Assembly: GCF_035594765.1 (NCBI RefSeq)
Contig: NC_085846.1
Location: forward strand, 20,633,190 to 20,697,189
Source of the DNA: Anolis carolinensis
Taxonomy: Eukaryota
DNA length: 64,000 nt
Direction of reading: 5' to 3'
This document shows, in pieces, positions 34,886 through 47,150 of this stretch; positions within the stretch are counted from its first letter, which is position 1; the number at the start of each line of letters is the position of its first letter. Below the pieces are notes generated by a model. The model searched no databases and was not told where the DNA came from. It saw only the letters and a list, made by a program, of their open reading frames with translations. A program made the position numbers and the translations under genes.

Positions 34886-35530
34886 TACTGGTTGAAATGA
34901 CTGAAATTCAAAAAGAGGGAGGTAGAATGAATGTAATATAAATTAGTAATTCCTCTCCTGCAAATTGGCAGGGAAAGCATGTATTTTCTACATTATCTTC
35001 ATACAAAATCTAAAATACCATTACTTTATGGGAGTGATGAAATATTCTTCATCATCATTTTGTAAGATGATTTGGATAGCTTTTTAAAAATGTATAAAAT
35101 AATATAGGAAAATTTTACATGACATAGAGATGTTTGTATTTATCCATTTGTTGATAGTGGTGAACAATTTATTAAATAAGGATTTACTTTTTAATACATG
35201 TAATTTTCCTCAGAAGATCCACTCTCCTGCTCCACTTTATTTACCAAAACTATTATATTCCTAATGACAGTATGCTGGATCAGGCCTAGATGTCATCATA
35301 CATATAGTAGTTCTACTACAATATAAATAAATCAAATTAGTCATATCTAACTTTTTTTGCATTGACTTTAATAGGCTTACCTAGCATCAAGATATAATAC
35401 AACAAACATCAAGGCTACAGTCTTACACTGCATTTCTTGGGGACATAGATTTCTGAGTAAACATGAATACACTCAAGCTTTCAAAAGCTAAAATACAATA
35501 TATCCTAGTGCATGGAATGTGTTCATTTTA

Positions 35531-35531
<1 letters not shown>

Positions 35532-35584
<53 letters not shown>
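35532..35584. repeat. (GAT)n microsatellite abutting an L2-type 3' tail (minus, to about 35640)
   Basis: Direct reading; TTTATTTATACCCCGCC...GGGACTCGGG L2 stem follows. Confidence 0.9.
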
Positions 35585-35900
35585 AAACTTTATTTATACC
35601 CCGCCACCATTTCCCTGAGGGACTCGGGCTGTCTCACTCAAGGTGCAACACATAAAATACAAAAAGTGCAAATACAATAACACAGAAGCAATAACAACCA
35701 ACATAAACATCATAAAACCCCCTGGTTAAGATCAATAAAATGCATCAATAGCTGCAGTTATAAAACAATTGCAATCAATATCAGTCTATTAAAGTGCATG
35801 ATGATATAATCTCTAGTTGTATTATTTTTGCTTGTCATTGTATTTTCATGTACATGTTCTTCTTTTAGAGCACCTCAGTCTTCTCTATGAGACTAAATAA

Positions 35901-36842
35901 TTACTTCAGCTCTTCAAGGTTTCTACAGAAAACATTTCTAAGGGCCTTTTTAACCTCCTTGTTCCGGAGGCTGTATATAATAGGATTTAAGAGTGGAGTG
36001 ACCAGGCAGTAGAACACAGCAACTAAATGGTCCATGTTGAAGGAGAGATTTCTGGTTGGTCTTACATATATGAACATCATTGTCCCATAAAAAATACAAA
36101 CCACTGTCAAATGGGAAGCAAAGGTAGAGAAGGCCTTTTTACGTCCCTTTGAAGAAGGAATGCCCAGAACAGTGATCAGAATTGCAGCATAAGAAATCAT
36201 CGTTAGTGTGAATGAGCCAACAAGAATAAATGTACAGATGAAAAAGCTCAACATCTCATTGAGTTGAGTCCTATTGCAAACCAGCCTCAGCAAAGGTAAG
36301 ATGTCACAGAAGAAGTGATCTACCACATTGCTTCCACAATAATTTAGCTGAGATATGAGAATTACTGGCACCAATGGTAATACCAATCCAATGGCCCAAG
36401 ACCAGGCAGCAAGCTGACCATAGACAAAACTACTCATAATGATGCTGTATCTTAGAGGAGAACGGATAGCCACATATCTGTCATATGCCATAGCAGCTAA
36501 AAGAAGGCATTCGATTCCACCAAGAGCATGAAAGAAATATATTTGGACAAGACAGTTGGTGAAGGATACAACATTGTGTTCCCGGACAAGATTAACCAGT
36601 ATTGTTGGGACAGTGACTGAAGTAAAACAAATCTCCAACAAAGAAAAGTTACCCAGGAAGAAGTACATAGGGGTGTGGAGAGAAACTTCATATCGGGTGA
36701 TGAAGATTATGATCATATTTCCTGTCACTGTCAATATGTAGACAATTAAAATCAGAACAAACACTGGAATTCTGTTCTGTTGCAGGATAGGAAACCCTGC
36801 AATAACAAATTCACTCACAGTTGTATGGTTTGAAAGATCCAT
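35901..36842 (-). CDS. Olfactory receptor, family 6-like, 313 aa
   Basis: NHT site, EFVIAGFP, GN, LHTPMYFFLGNFSLLEI, QIYFFHALG, MAYDRYVAI, HFFCD, PLLNPIIYSLRN; acceptor AG at 36863-36862. Confidence 0.95.
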   Translation of the reverse strand: MDLSNHTTVSEFVIAGFPILQQNRIPVFVLILIVYILTVTGNMIIIFITRYEVSLHTPMYFFLGNFSLLEICFTSVTVPTILVNLVREHNVVSFTNCLVQIYFFHALGGIECLLLAAMAYDRYVAIRSPLRYSIIMSSFVYGQLAAWSWAIGLVLPLVPVILISQLNYCGSNVVDHFFCDILPLLRLVCNRTQLNEMLSFFICTFILVGSFTLTMISYAAILITVLGIPSSKGRKKAFSTFASHLTVVCIFYGTMMFIYVRPTRNLSFNMDHLVAVFYCLVTPLLNPIIYSLRNKEVKKALRNVFCRNLEELK

Positions 36843-38471
36843 CTCAAGACTGGCTCTTCCTCTGTTAGATGAAAAAAGTAAGCTACCATTATTGTCCCAA
36901 ACTATATGAGTTTTTTTACATATGCCACATTTTTGAAGCTGTATCTTTAAAAATTATGTGAATAAATTAATACAATATTTTATACATGAATCACTTTCAA
37001 TGAATAAATGACCATCAAAAGAAGAAAAACCCACATCCACAAGAATTTATACCCCATAAGGATCACAACTGAAAACTGTCTTAATTTGATTACATATATT
37101 CATGCCATGGATCAGGTGCCATCCAACAAAAGGTTGTTGTGAAAGAGGTATCTTTTTCATAAAGAAAATGAAAAGATAAAGCAACAGAGCAGACTACATC
37201 ATATAAAACTTCCAAGTGGATGTCCACCCAAGGCATTTGATCTTAATGAAAATAATAATAATGTGAAAGAGAAATTTTAAATTGTGAGGGCTGTATTTCA
37301 GGCAACTTAAAAAACAAAACAGATAAAAGCAGGACAAAATATTATTTCTATGAAAGAAGAATATACATAATATATAATACAGTAGTATGGTTATACTCAC
37401 ACTGATGAAAACCATAAATCTGAAAGTAGATGGTTTCTTTAAAACTGCTATGAGTAGCATGGCGAAAAGGATAACAAAACAAATAAAGATGGGTGTATTA
37501 AAAAGGAATGGCACAGGTTTCTGATGCATTCTCAAGTGTTGTGTTTTGGTCTCCTGACTTTTTTATATATAGAACTTGTTTAACATTAATATATCTTCTG
37601 AAAATGGATCCATTTCCTGATCATATCTAAACCCTGGGGAACATGGTCTCCAAAGGATCAAACTCCAGGGTTTAAATCTGGTTAAACAAGAGCCTGCTTT
37701 CCAGCATTTGTCTCATTGTTAGTATCCAACTCTGCAAACTGAGTTGATGAAACTAAAAAACAAATCTTTAATTGGCCTGATAGGTCCATCTGAATCCAAA
37801 AAGACTGCTAAAGACTAATTAATGAGATGGCTTGCCACCATTTGATTAATGAAAAGTTGACTCCAATGAAATGGATCAACATACTTCTTAGTTACAGAAA
37901 GATTAAAAACCAACCTATTGTTCCCTCAATGATAAGTTATAAAGCCATAGATATTCCTACAATCACATATATATTATATAGTCTGCAATAAAGGTGGAAA
38001 GTTGGAGTGAAAAATTATGCATATGGAATGTATTTGCAGACATGAAGGGGCATATTTCTGACATTAAGACTTTTTTAGAGTACCAAATGGGAGATACAGC
38101 CATATATCAAAGTCTGCATTGACTTGGATTCTGTGAGTCTACATTGCCATAAAATGTAGTTCAATGCACTTAAACTGCATTCAGATACTGTATTATATGG
38201 GCAGTGTGGATAAGGCCAGTCTGAACTTTAAAGGAACTGTTCAGAATGCTAAACAACATTATCAAAAAAAGGAGAAAGTAGGTTTCTGATGGTTTTAAAA
38301 CTTCAACTTTGTCCCAATTTGCAATATAAACCAGCAGATGTAGTCACATAGCACTTTTTTGTCATGCTCAGATGAAACAAAGCACACCTGTATTTTAATT
38401 CTCAGCAAGTTTGACTTATTTTCTAATGGTAACATCAAAACACTGGTTTAAAAGAAATCCTAGGTAATTGA

Positions 38472-38578
38472 GGCCCCCTTCCACACAGCGGAATAAGATC
38501 CCACATTATCTGCTTTGAACTGGAATATATGGACTCAGATAACCCAGTTCAATGCAGATATTCTGGGTGGAAGGGCCC
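38472..38578. mobile_element. Harbinger-like MITE
   Basis: TIRs GGCCCCCTTCCACACAG / CTGGGTGGAAGGGCCC with palindromic interior. Confidence 0.65.
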
Positions 38579-39295
38579 GGAGTCTAATATTTATTGTTTT
38601 ATGACTGTCTTTTATTTTTTGATGTCAAAAATCATACAGCACACCAAATCTACTACAAGGAACAACAGGGCCTTTAAAGTTCTCCTGGACATGGGTCTGA
38701 GAACATAAATAGGTCACATGGTTAGAGTTATGTTCATTATTGTGAGATGTCCTGGGATATATGTCCACATACTATAATGTTTCTTACCGCCATAGACTTC
38801 CTGTAATGTTGAAAAAGTTTTCTTGGGATTTTCCAAGTGTGGAATCTCAGGACTTCACCCTGAGAATTAGTCTAATGGAAAAGTGATAGTTCAGGGGGGC
38901 AGGGGGAGGGGCTATCCAGATTAGAGCTTGAAAAGATACTTAAAAGATTTAATGCAATGGCTGCAAATATCAGTTTTTACTATTACAATTGTTCAAAAGT
39001 AACATTTATTCTGTTCCTCACTTTAGTTACTTCTGAAAAAAACTCCTCAGGAAGTAGCACAAATATAGCATGTGCTTGTTTTTCAACTGTGTGATATTTA
39101 TCCACCACCAATCAGTGCAGCCACAAAATCGTGGCAATAAAATTAGGTAAAAGTCAAAGATGCATTGCAAAAGGAACAAAGTTCTTTTCTCTCAACCACT
39201 ATCATTTAACTTAGCTGTACCTTTGCCATTGCAAGAGGAAATTAATTGCTCCCAAGCTATTCCTATGGCACAATCCATCAAACTGTTGGTCACAG

Positions 39296-39412
39296 GGTTG
39301 TTGTATGTCTTTCGGGCTGTGTGGCCATGTTCCAGAAGTATTCATGGCCACAGAGCCCGAAAGACATACAAGAACCCTGTGATCCCGGCCATGAAAGCCT
39401 TCGACAACACAT
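39296..39412. mobile_element. Short palindromic Penelope 3'-end insertion
   Basis: About 40-bp inverted arms around TTCCAGAAGTATT; flanked by TGTTGGTCACAG at 39284-39295 and 39413-39424. Confidence 0.85.
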
Positions 39413-39452
39413 TGTTGGTCACAGATTCTCATGCCAACTTTGAATTTGTCTT

Positions 39453-39531
39453 CTCAACTAAAAGACCCAAAGGGGATATTTAAAGAGAACCTCCTCAACT
39501 AGAAGACCCAAAGGAGATATTTAAAGAGAAC
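39453..39531. repeat. Tandem duplication of a 38-bp unit
   Basis: CTCAACTA(A/G)AAGACCCAAAGG(G/A)GATATTTAAAGAGAAC at 39453-39490 and 39494-39531. Confidence 0.95.
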
Positions 39532-39662
39532 ATCTCCTTAGTCAGACTATTCTGCTGTATGCCTAAGATATAATGTTCCACAAACAGCATCCATTCTGTC
39601 AGGATCATGGGGCAAGATGAGGATGATGGAGAGGAGGGTTTCCTCCCAGCAGCAGTCTCTGA

Positions 39663-39804
39663 GGGCCCTTCCAGACAGGCCCTATATCCCAGGATCTGAA
39701 CCCAGGTTTTTTGTTTATCCCAGATTATCTGGCAGTGGGGACTCATATAATGCAGTTTAAAGCAGAAATCTTGGAATCAGATCCTGGGATATAGGGTCTG
39801 TCTG
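39663..39804. mobile_element. Harbinger-like palindromic MITE
   Basis: CAGACAGGCCCTATATCCCAGGATCTGA ... TCAGATCCTGGGATATAGGGTCTGTCTG inverted arms; left end GGGCCCTTCCAGACAG. Confidence 0.75.
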
Positions 39805-42800
39805 AGCTCCAGGAAGAGGAGCAGCCTTATACTACTAAGGCTGAGCAGGAGCAGGACCTTTCAGGAATGGAAGTGCCAGGGCTGGAGGAGGAGAAAAAGT
39901 AGGCATTGACTCGCCCTATCTGGCTCCAGCTCAAGCTTGATGCCATCCAGCTGAGAAGGTCCAAAAGGTTGATTTAAAAGAGAAATACACAGCTGTAAAG
40001 ACTTGTCAGGAGCGCATAAAGGAACAGGCATTTGGAATAGTTTACTCCTGGAAGCAAATGTTGGCTTGGTGCCTCAGCAATGAATAATTGGCGACCTTAC
40101 GCCTTGAACCATACTTTTAAATATTGGATTGGGACTTGTTGGTGAAACTCTATGCATTTAGATCTCTTAGGGAAGACACTGGAATTGGCTTGTTCACTTC
40201 TGTTTTTTTATTGACTATGGCTTTAAATCCTGGACTGCCTCGACTACACTTAAGAAGAAAGACTGTGTGTACACCATAATACATTCTGCAGTGCAACAAA
40301 AGCATAAGGAAAGTTGTGCTACTTTGTATCTAAATACATACTAGATTATTTTCTGCTTAAACTTGAGGCAAAGGCTCTGTTAGAAAATATTAAATTCAGA
40401 CTAGAGATAAGGCATAGGGCAGAATTTTGTGGGATAAGCATGTGCCATATCTGCAGAATCAAAAAACCACCAGAGCACAACAAATATATTCTGCTGATAG
40501 CAGCAGAAATGGAATTGCACATTGACCATAATTGTATCTAGAAGACCAAAAAGGAGGTGAAAAATTGTGATGGGTTGTACTGTAAGTGTGGTTAGTATGT
40601 TGGATATTGTAGACATTATAAAAATAATTCTAAGGTTTTCAAATCAGTTTGCAAACATATGTATGAATGGTACAGCAAAGGGCATAACAAAGAAAAAATA
40701 CAAACAGAAGATCCTCAGAGGAACATAGTCTCAATATTTGTTCCCTGTACTATTAAACCAAACCAATTCTACAATTCCTTTTACCACTATCTCTATGGGA
40801 CATATAAGATGGCTTTGCATGATTAAACTTCCTTGTTCTCTTTAGAATCTTTATTTTCAACAAGACAATCACACACTTGCTTTCTCTTTATTATTGCAAG
40901 ATGATTTAAATATTTAGATATTGAGTAGGGCTACCATTGAAATGTGTAAAAATCCAATTCCTTCAAGAAATGTGGTGTTTTAATGCACTATCATTTGTTC
41001 CAAATTGGTATTACACTGGTCATAGTCATATTTGCAAGACCAAGGAGCAGATGGGAAATTTTGGTAAGCAGATCTGAAAACCTTACTCCAATAAGAATAA
41101 ATCCCTTTGCTGCTAATTTATCTTGCAGGCAGAAATGAACTCGATACTTTCCCCTAGGGATATCTAAAGATGTATTCTCCAATACTCTAACTAACCATGA
41201 AAACAAAACCTCAGTGAAAAAAAAGACTTCTTAAATTCTTTGATTTAATTACAAATAATGCAGTCAATATTTAAAGGTGATAATAGGAGAAATAAATCAA
41301 CAACAGACATTGCATTTTTTATTGATCATAATAATGTACAGTATGAGAATATATATTCATAATTAAATCAATATATTTGAAAATGGCAAAAAATAAAAAA
41401 TACAATGAATCCATCCATTTGAATTATAGTAACCTGATGAGGTCATATAGCTAATTGGGAAAGCATAGACCTTGTGTGAGGAAGATTCAGCTTCCCTGGC
41501 ATTTCCAAAAAGAAAAGCCTGGAAAGTATTTCTCTAACAGTTTGGAGAAATATATGCTTCTTCTATGAGCAGACATATACAATCTATGCAAAAGGTCTGA
41601 AGTTAAATGCCTGTTACCAGTGTTTTGTTAAACTATTCATTCCTGCAAAGCAGAGTGAATAATGGAGTCTATTTTCTCATTACTTACAGACATCTTTGAA
41701 TACTGTGTAGTTTTTGAAGCAACTTTGTATATGCATGTATGTATATGTCAGTGGGTTTCTCTACCAGCCTATCCCCTCATGACTTTGGAAGCGTGAGTTG
41801 GAACTGTTGCTCACCATGGGACATCAAAAGGGTATGGGGAGACAGAAAAAGATCTGAAGGTTATAGTCTTCCAAGAATCATTCCTGGCAGCCATTCACAT
41901 AGTTGTTATGCAACTTCAGGAAGATAGGAAAAGAGGGTGTGCATTCAATTTCTTGCTTCTTCAACCCACACTTTATTTAGCATGGTCCATTCTTTAACAT
42001 GGTCCACTCTTCCTCTCCCCATTTGAGACCAATAGGGAATGGGGAAAGCGATGAAGGATTTGTAGCACTACGGGATCCTTTCCTGACATTTCTGCACATT
42101 TTCTGTGATATGAGGAGGTGAGACACTTTGAGGAAGGGGCTAAAACTGGATTCCCCTCAATAGGGATTCTGATGTCTGAAAAGCTATTTTTTTACACACA
42201 CCTCTTAAGGAATTTAAATATTCTTTCCATCCTTTCCATCTGTTATTAATAAAATGTTGAATTAGTATGTTATGGTACATAACTTTTAGAGATGCAGGAG
42301 AGCTCCTGGAATTGAATGTAGACAACACTGAACTACATTGAACAATGTTGTGATTTGCAAAAGAGAAGTTTTTAATGTTCATGTTGTCATTAGTACTTAC
42401 TAGTTTAGATGGAAAAGTGACATTACTGTGATTGTCAATGTATGATATAATAATGTATATAATGTGGGCTATACTTCCACAACAACTTTCCAACATAAAC
42501 TTGGACTTGTTTAGAATATTTTTTTCCTCAGAGGATGATAGAAGTGATGAAATTCTACAGCAGCATGTACACACAACTGATGATGCTAAGAGTCTATAAA
42601 AATCGTGACTAAAATATGCTTACATTTGATGTACCCTGGGATGCTAAATGATACTAACATGATTAGCCTGTCTTCAAATTTCTTGCTGTGATTCAGAATG
42701 CAATGAAACTACTTCTCAAAAAGAGTAAATGACCACTCTTATGAGAGATCTAAGAAATTTGAAAAAAGGGGATATAGATTTGGATCTACTAAACATGATG

Positions 42801-42847
42801 CTCTAAACATAGAGCAGGGGTAGAAAGAATAAACCAGGCCTTTTATG

Positions 42848-43025
42848 GTATCTCCTCTATAGAATTAATGCAGTTTGATACCAACTGCTAGGTCTCAATG
42901 CTATGGAACTGTGGGAGCTGTAATTTTGAAAGGTCTTCAGCCTTCTCTGCCAAAGAGTGTTAGTACCTCACCAAACTGCAAAGCCTATTAGTTATTGCAT
43001 TAATTCTACAGTGGAGATACATCCT
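42848..43025. mobile_element. Harbinger-like MITE, diverged (related copy 60787-60985, opposite orientation)
   Basis: TAGAATTAATGCA ... TGCATTAATTCTACAGTGGAGAT inverted ends. Confidence 0.6.
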
Positions 43026-43104
43026 TAGATATAACTCATATGTCACTAATTTAAATTATTGTATTCTGTATAACACTATGATAATTTAAGAACATAAATT
43101 ACAT

Positions 43105-44025
43105 TTATTTTTTCCCAAATAGTTTCCCAAGTGCTCTCTTCACTTCTTTATTTTTCAAACTGTAAATAATTGGATTCAGCATAGGAGTCAAAATGCTATA
43201 CTGAACAGAAAAAAGTTCATCCACCACTACTGAAGAGATGCTGCTGGGTTTCATGTACTGGGACATTCCTGTCATATAGAGTAAACCAACCACGGTCAGG
43301 TGAGAACTACAGGTAGAGAAAGCTTTGCTTCGTCCCTCTGTTGAGCGGATCTTCAAAATGGTGGAAATGATGTGAATGTAGGAGATCAAGGTTGGTAGAA
43401 AGGAACCAAGCCCAAAAATTACAACAGAGGAATAAAGGATTATATTATTGAGGAAGGTGTCAGAACAAGATATTTTCAACAATGGCGGGAGTTCACAGCT
43501 GAAGTGCCTGATTTCATGAAAGCCACAGAACTGTACTTTGAATATAGGCACTGCATTTATTACTGCAAAAGACAAGCCCATTAGCCATGAGCCCATCAGC
43601 AGGTAACTGCATACTGATTTGCTCATGACCACTACATAGTGAAGTGGATGACACACAGCAGTGTATCTGTCATAAGCCATTGCTGAAAGGATAAACACTT
43701 CTGTAACACTCAAGAGAAGGCTGAAAAACATCTGTGTAAGGCAGCCAGTGGAGGAGATAGTCTTTTGCTTCATAAGCAAGTTTGCCAACATCTTAGGAAC
43801 AATATCAGTAGAATAACAGATGTCAACAAAAGACAAATGAGAGAGAAAATAATACATTGGTGAGTAAAGAGAAGGGTCTGTTTTAATCACTAGGATGATT
43901 GTGATGTTTCCGGAGAGTGTTATGAAATAAATGGTAAAAAATATTACAAAGAAAAAGATCTGCAGCTGAGGATCACTAGAAAGTCCCAAGAAAATAAACT
44001 CTGATCTATCAGTTTGGTTTTCCAT
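43105..44025 (-). CDS. Olfactory receptor, OR8S1/OR5BS-like, 306 aa
   Basis: NQT, GN, PMYYFLSHLSFVD, LSAMAYDRY, HFSCELP, GRSKAFSTCSSHL, diagnostic FSVQY and YSLKNKEVK; acceptor AG at 44041-44040. Confidence 0.95.
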   Translation of the reverse strand: MENQTDRSEFIFLGLSSDPQLQIFFFVIFFTIYFITLSGNITIILVIKTDPSLYSPMYYFLSHLSFVDICYSTDIVPKMLANLLMKQKTISSTGCLTQMFFSLLLSVTEVFILSAMAYDRYTAVCHPLHYVVVMSKSVCSYLLMGSWLMGLSFAVINAVPIFKVQFCGFHEIRHFSCELPPLLKISCSDTFLNNIILYSSVVIFGLGSFLPTLISYIHIISTILKIRSTEGRSKAFSTCSSHLTVVGLLYMTGMSQYMKPSSISSVVVDELFSVQYSILTPMLNPIIYSLKNKEVKRALGKLFGKK

Positions 44026-45007
44026 TTCTCCTTAATGATCTGTGGGGAAAAAACAAAAATAACAAGCAGGGCACAATTAATCCAAAATGTTTACTTGAAT
44101 CTTTCTTATACAGTTTGAGCATATTTAATCATCACTGTTGGTGTCTGTGTCTATACTTACATGTTAATACAAAAATTCATATGCATGTTGCATAAAAAGG
44201 TCTGAAATGTGTAACATTTGTAAATGACATAGTCAGCATGACAAAATGTTCTTGGAAATAATTCTGCACAGAAATACAATTATGTTTTCTGCATAAAAAC
44301 AAATCTTCTGCTCAGGAAATCATGTTTAGAGTGTAGAAATATTTTTTTGCTCAGCTGAAAAAGACAGATAAGAATACTGATATCTGCGTAAAACAAAAAA
44401 TATGAATTTTGCACAAGAAAACCATATATTTTTCTACACAGAATAATTCCTCAGAACACCATTGGATCTGAAAACATTAGAGATAATGCTGCACAACATT
44501 TGCTTTTCCTTACAACAAGTTAAAAACTGCAGGAATTATTTACCTTTACACAAGAGATTGAAACAGGAAAATATTTGCATCCCTACTGCAGACTGAACAA
44601 ATCCACCAAGAAAATTAATGGAAATAGCATATACCAATTTCTCACACGTGTAGGTGAAATCACATTGAATTTGAGCTCATGGATGTAAGACCTGAAATGC
44701 TTACAGAAGGGACTGTGTAAACCAAAATTTAGCATTAAATATGGAAGAAATTTAAAAGATGAAAATCCACATCATACAATTTCAACAGCTAGTCAGCTAC
44801 CTGAATTTCTTCCTCAAAATCCTAACAATAATTGAATGCTCGTAAGGATCTCCTAAATTAGCATTGTTAAGAATGGAAAATACTGTACTGAGATTTTATG
44901 GAAGATTAGCAGTTCCTATCAAAGTCTATGTTTCTGAAAATAAAATTGAAATAGTCTGTGTGATACGACAGCATGCCTCACTGTAAAGATTTTTCAAAAG
45001 CTGATCA

Positions 45008-45360
45008 ACTCACCTGATACGATCAAAATCAATGGCATAACAGAATAGAACTTGTCCTCTGTAGTTAACATTTTAAGATGCAGTGAGCAAAAACATGATT
45101 AATTTCCATCTCTTTTTAAAATTAGTTGGGAGGGGAATTCTCACCAAAAAGTGCAAACAGCAGAATGTATTATGAGCATGGATTTAGTACGTTTCATATA
45201 AGGTTTGTATTAATCACCCAAATAAGCAAACAATTTCCTTAGGGAAAGGATTTCTCACTGGGAAACTCAAAGGAAATAATGATCACATTCAGAAATGGTA
45301 CCTCTTTGCCTATTGTATGGTTTTAATACCAGGAAAGTAACAATACAAACACTATTAAGA
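45008..45360 (-). promoter_or_regulatory. Candidate promoter and 5' non-coding exon of OR at 43105-44025
   Basis: Consensus donor CAG|GTGAGT (45016-45008), O/E site TTCCTTAGGGAA (45235-45246), TAATGA homeodomain core, block conserved in paralog at 34568-34885. Confidence 0.6.
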
Positions 45361-45362
45361 AC

Positions 45363-45574
45363 ATTAATACATTAAACATTAAACATTAATGCTGGCTCCC
45401 AGTGACAAAGAACTCTTGCCACACCTTGGACTATACACAGATATATATTCTTTCCTTTCCTTACTTAATTTATCCATACCTCACAACCTCTGAGGATGCC
45501 TGCCATAGATGTGGGTGAAACGTCAGGAGAGAATGCTTCTGGAACATGGCCACACAGCCCGAAAGACATACAAC
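45363..45574 (+). mobile_element. Penelope 3'-end fragment with 15-bp TSD
   Basis: Near-identical to 27284-27480; TSD AACACTATTAAGAAC at 45348-45362 and 45575-45589; (ACATTAA)n slippage at 5' junction. Confidence 0.92.
45480..45531 (+). ncRNA. Hammerhead ribozyme motif (Penelope-borne), G-U at base of helix II
   Basis: CCT CTGAGGA (45490-96) T GCCTGC catagat GTGGGT GAAAC GTC (45522-24) AGG. Confidence 0.7.
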
Positions 45575-45699
45575 AACACTATTAAGAACTATTCTGCATC
45601 AGATTTTCCAATGAAAATGTATAGCCCCACGGGTGGGGTTACACATATTTTGAGTATCTTGCATGAGTATTCTCCTTATTGTTGAATTTCAATCAATTT

Positions 45700-46310
45700 A
45701 TTGATCTTTAATTTATTGTTTGTTTTCAATAAGCCATTATTGGCATGTATGTACGTATATCAAGATAGTGTAAAATGCAGAGTATATTATACAATAGAAA
45801 AACTTCATGTTTGTCAAACATTCAATTTGCAGACTTTGTTTAGAAACCTTGCCACTGTGAGGTAGCAGTTAAAATCTTGGGAATTTCAAAGCATGATTAC
45901 TTTGTTTGGTTCTGACTGGTGTTTCATAAAATCTACAGCCTGCAGTAGCAAGTTAGATCTTAGTTCCTGGTTGAGTGGGCAGTGGAAAAGAATATGTGGG
46001 ATGGAGTCCAGCTGTCCTGAGCTGCAGATACAGAACCTCTTGTCACTTGGTAATCCGTTGAGCCTTCCTCTATGTAGCGGAGATGGCATAGTGTTGAATC
46101 TGGCCAGCATATAGGCTCTCCTGCATATGGGATTAGTGAGTGCTGTAATATAATAGGCAGGATTTTCCTGAGTAAATGGAATTGCCATGTTCATTGGCGA
46201 ACAAGATTTATTGGCCAAGCTCTGCAGTTGTTGGTGGTTCATTGCTAGCAGCCTCTTTTTAATGAGGATAAAAGTCTCAGTGAAAGCATATTTAAGTAGT
46301 CGCTATCATA
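45700..46310 (-). mobile_element. Non-LTR retrotransposon ORF2 C-terminus (RTEX/L1-like CCHC domain)
   Basis: RRAYMLARFNTMPS...KRFCICSSGQLDSIPHILFHCPL zinc-knuckle. Confidence 0.8.
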
Positions 46311-47029
46311 GGCCAGTTTCTTTATCTTTGCTAGGACTGTTGTGCACCATTTTGAGTGGTGGAGTTTGCTCAACATGAGTTGGGTCAATGACTCAGGGGA
46401 GCTATGGAAGTGGATATGTAACCAAAATTTTATGATCGTTAACCAAATGGTGGTTTATTGTAAACCCGAGGCAGAATTTCACCTCAAGAGCCCAGGTGAG
46501 GCATGATCAATGTAAACTAAATGAATTAACCACAGATTTTAGATTATCAGTATATATTCTGATCTAAAATGGGAGATGGCCAATTGTTCCCAAACCAACA
46601 TGTAAGTGCGGGTTAAACTATGGGCAACTTTTATTAAATGTTAACAATTGATCTCTATGTCACCTGCCAATCAATTTTAAGGGCATGACCTTGATGTGTA
46701 AATGTACCAAGGCAGTGGCCATCCAAGACCTACTCCTCATATATCAAGGCCGAGCAGGCTCCCCGGCTGCAATTAACCGCTCAGGGAAACAGATGGAGAA
46801 TTCTGTCCCAATTCCAGAGGACATTGAAACCAGAAATCTCACTGCTTGAGGCCATTACTGTTCACAATCACCTTGGTTCTTTTAACCGCAGATGAGGATT
46901 CCCATTCATGGCCTACACCACAAGGGGCGGGGGGGGGGGCAGGCCTTAGGTGCACAGCGATATGTAAACCTATCCCTGTTTTCCCACATGATAGCCTATT
47001 TAAAGCCCACTCACTCAATTAGCCCTGAC

Positions 47030-47150
47030 TGAACAGTGTAGAGTAGGCAAAAACCACCCCTAGAACATACGGTAGAAATTACTAACCCACTGGTGACCCT
47101 TAAAGTACACTGTTAAAGGGTGGGAGGGTGGGTCAATGCCAAAACTGGAA
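47030..47150 (-). repeat. Dispersed repeat, inverted homolog of 50545-50668 (possibly DIRS/Ngaro-derived)
   Basis: Shared blocks TGACCCACCC, AACAGTGTACTTTA, GGTCACCA.TGGGT, TATGTTCT.GGGGT, CTACACTGTT. Confidence 0.7.

Noticed and set aside
37194-37535. Hydrophobic ORFs here and at 28364-28714 and 42140-42574 as membrane proteins or OR relics
   Set aside because: No OR motifs; composition is explained by T-rich non-coding DNA.
39597-40360. Possible Gypsy solo LTR starting TGTCAGGA
   Set aside because: No defensible 3' CA end or TSD found.
41193-41240. ENKTSVK peptide resembling an OR N-terminus
   Set aside because: ATG is out of frame and no TM1 or other OR similarity follows; likely chance.
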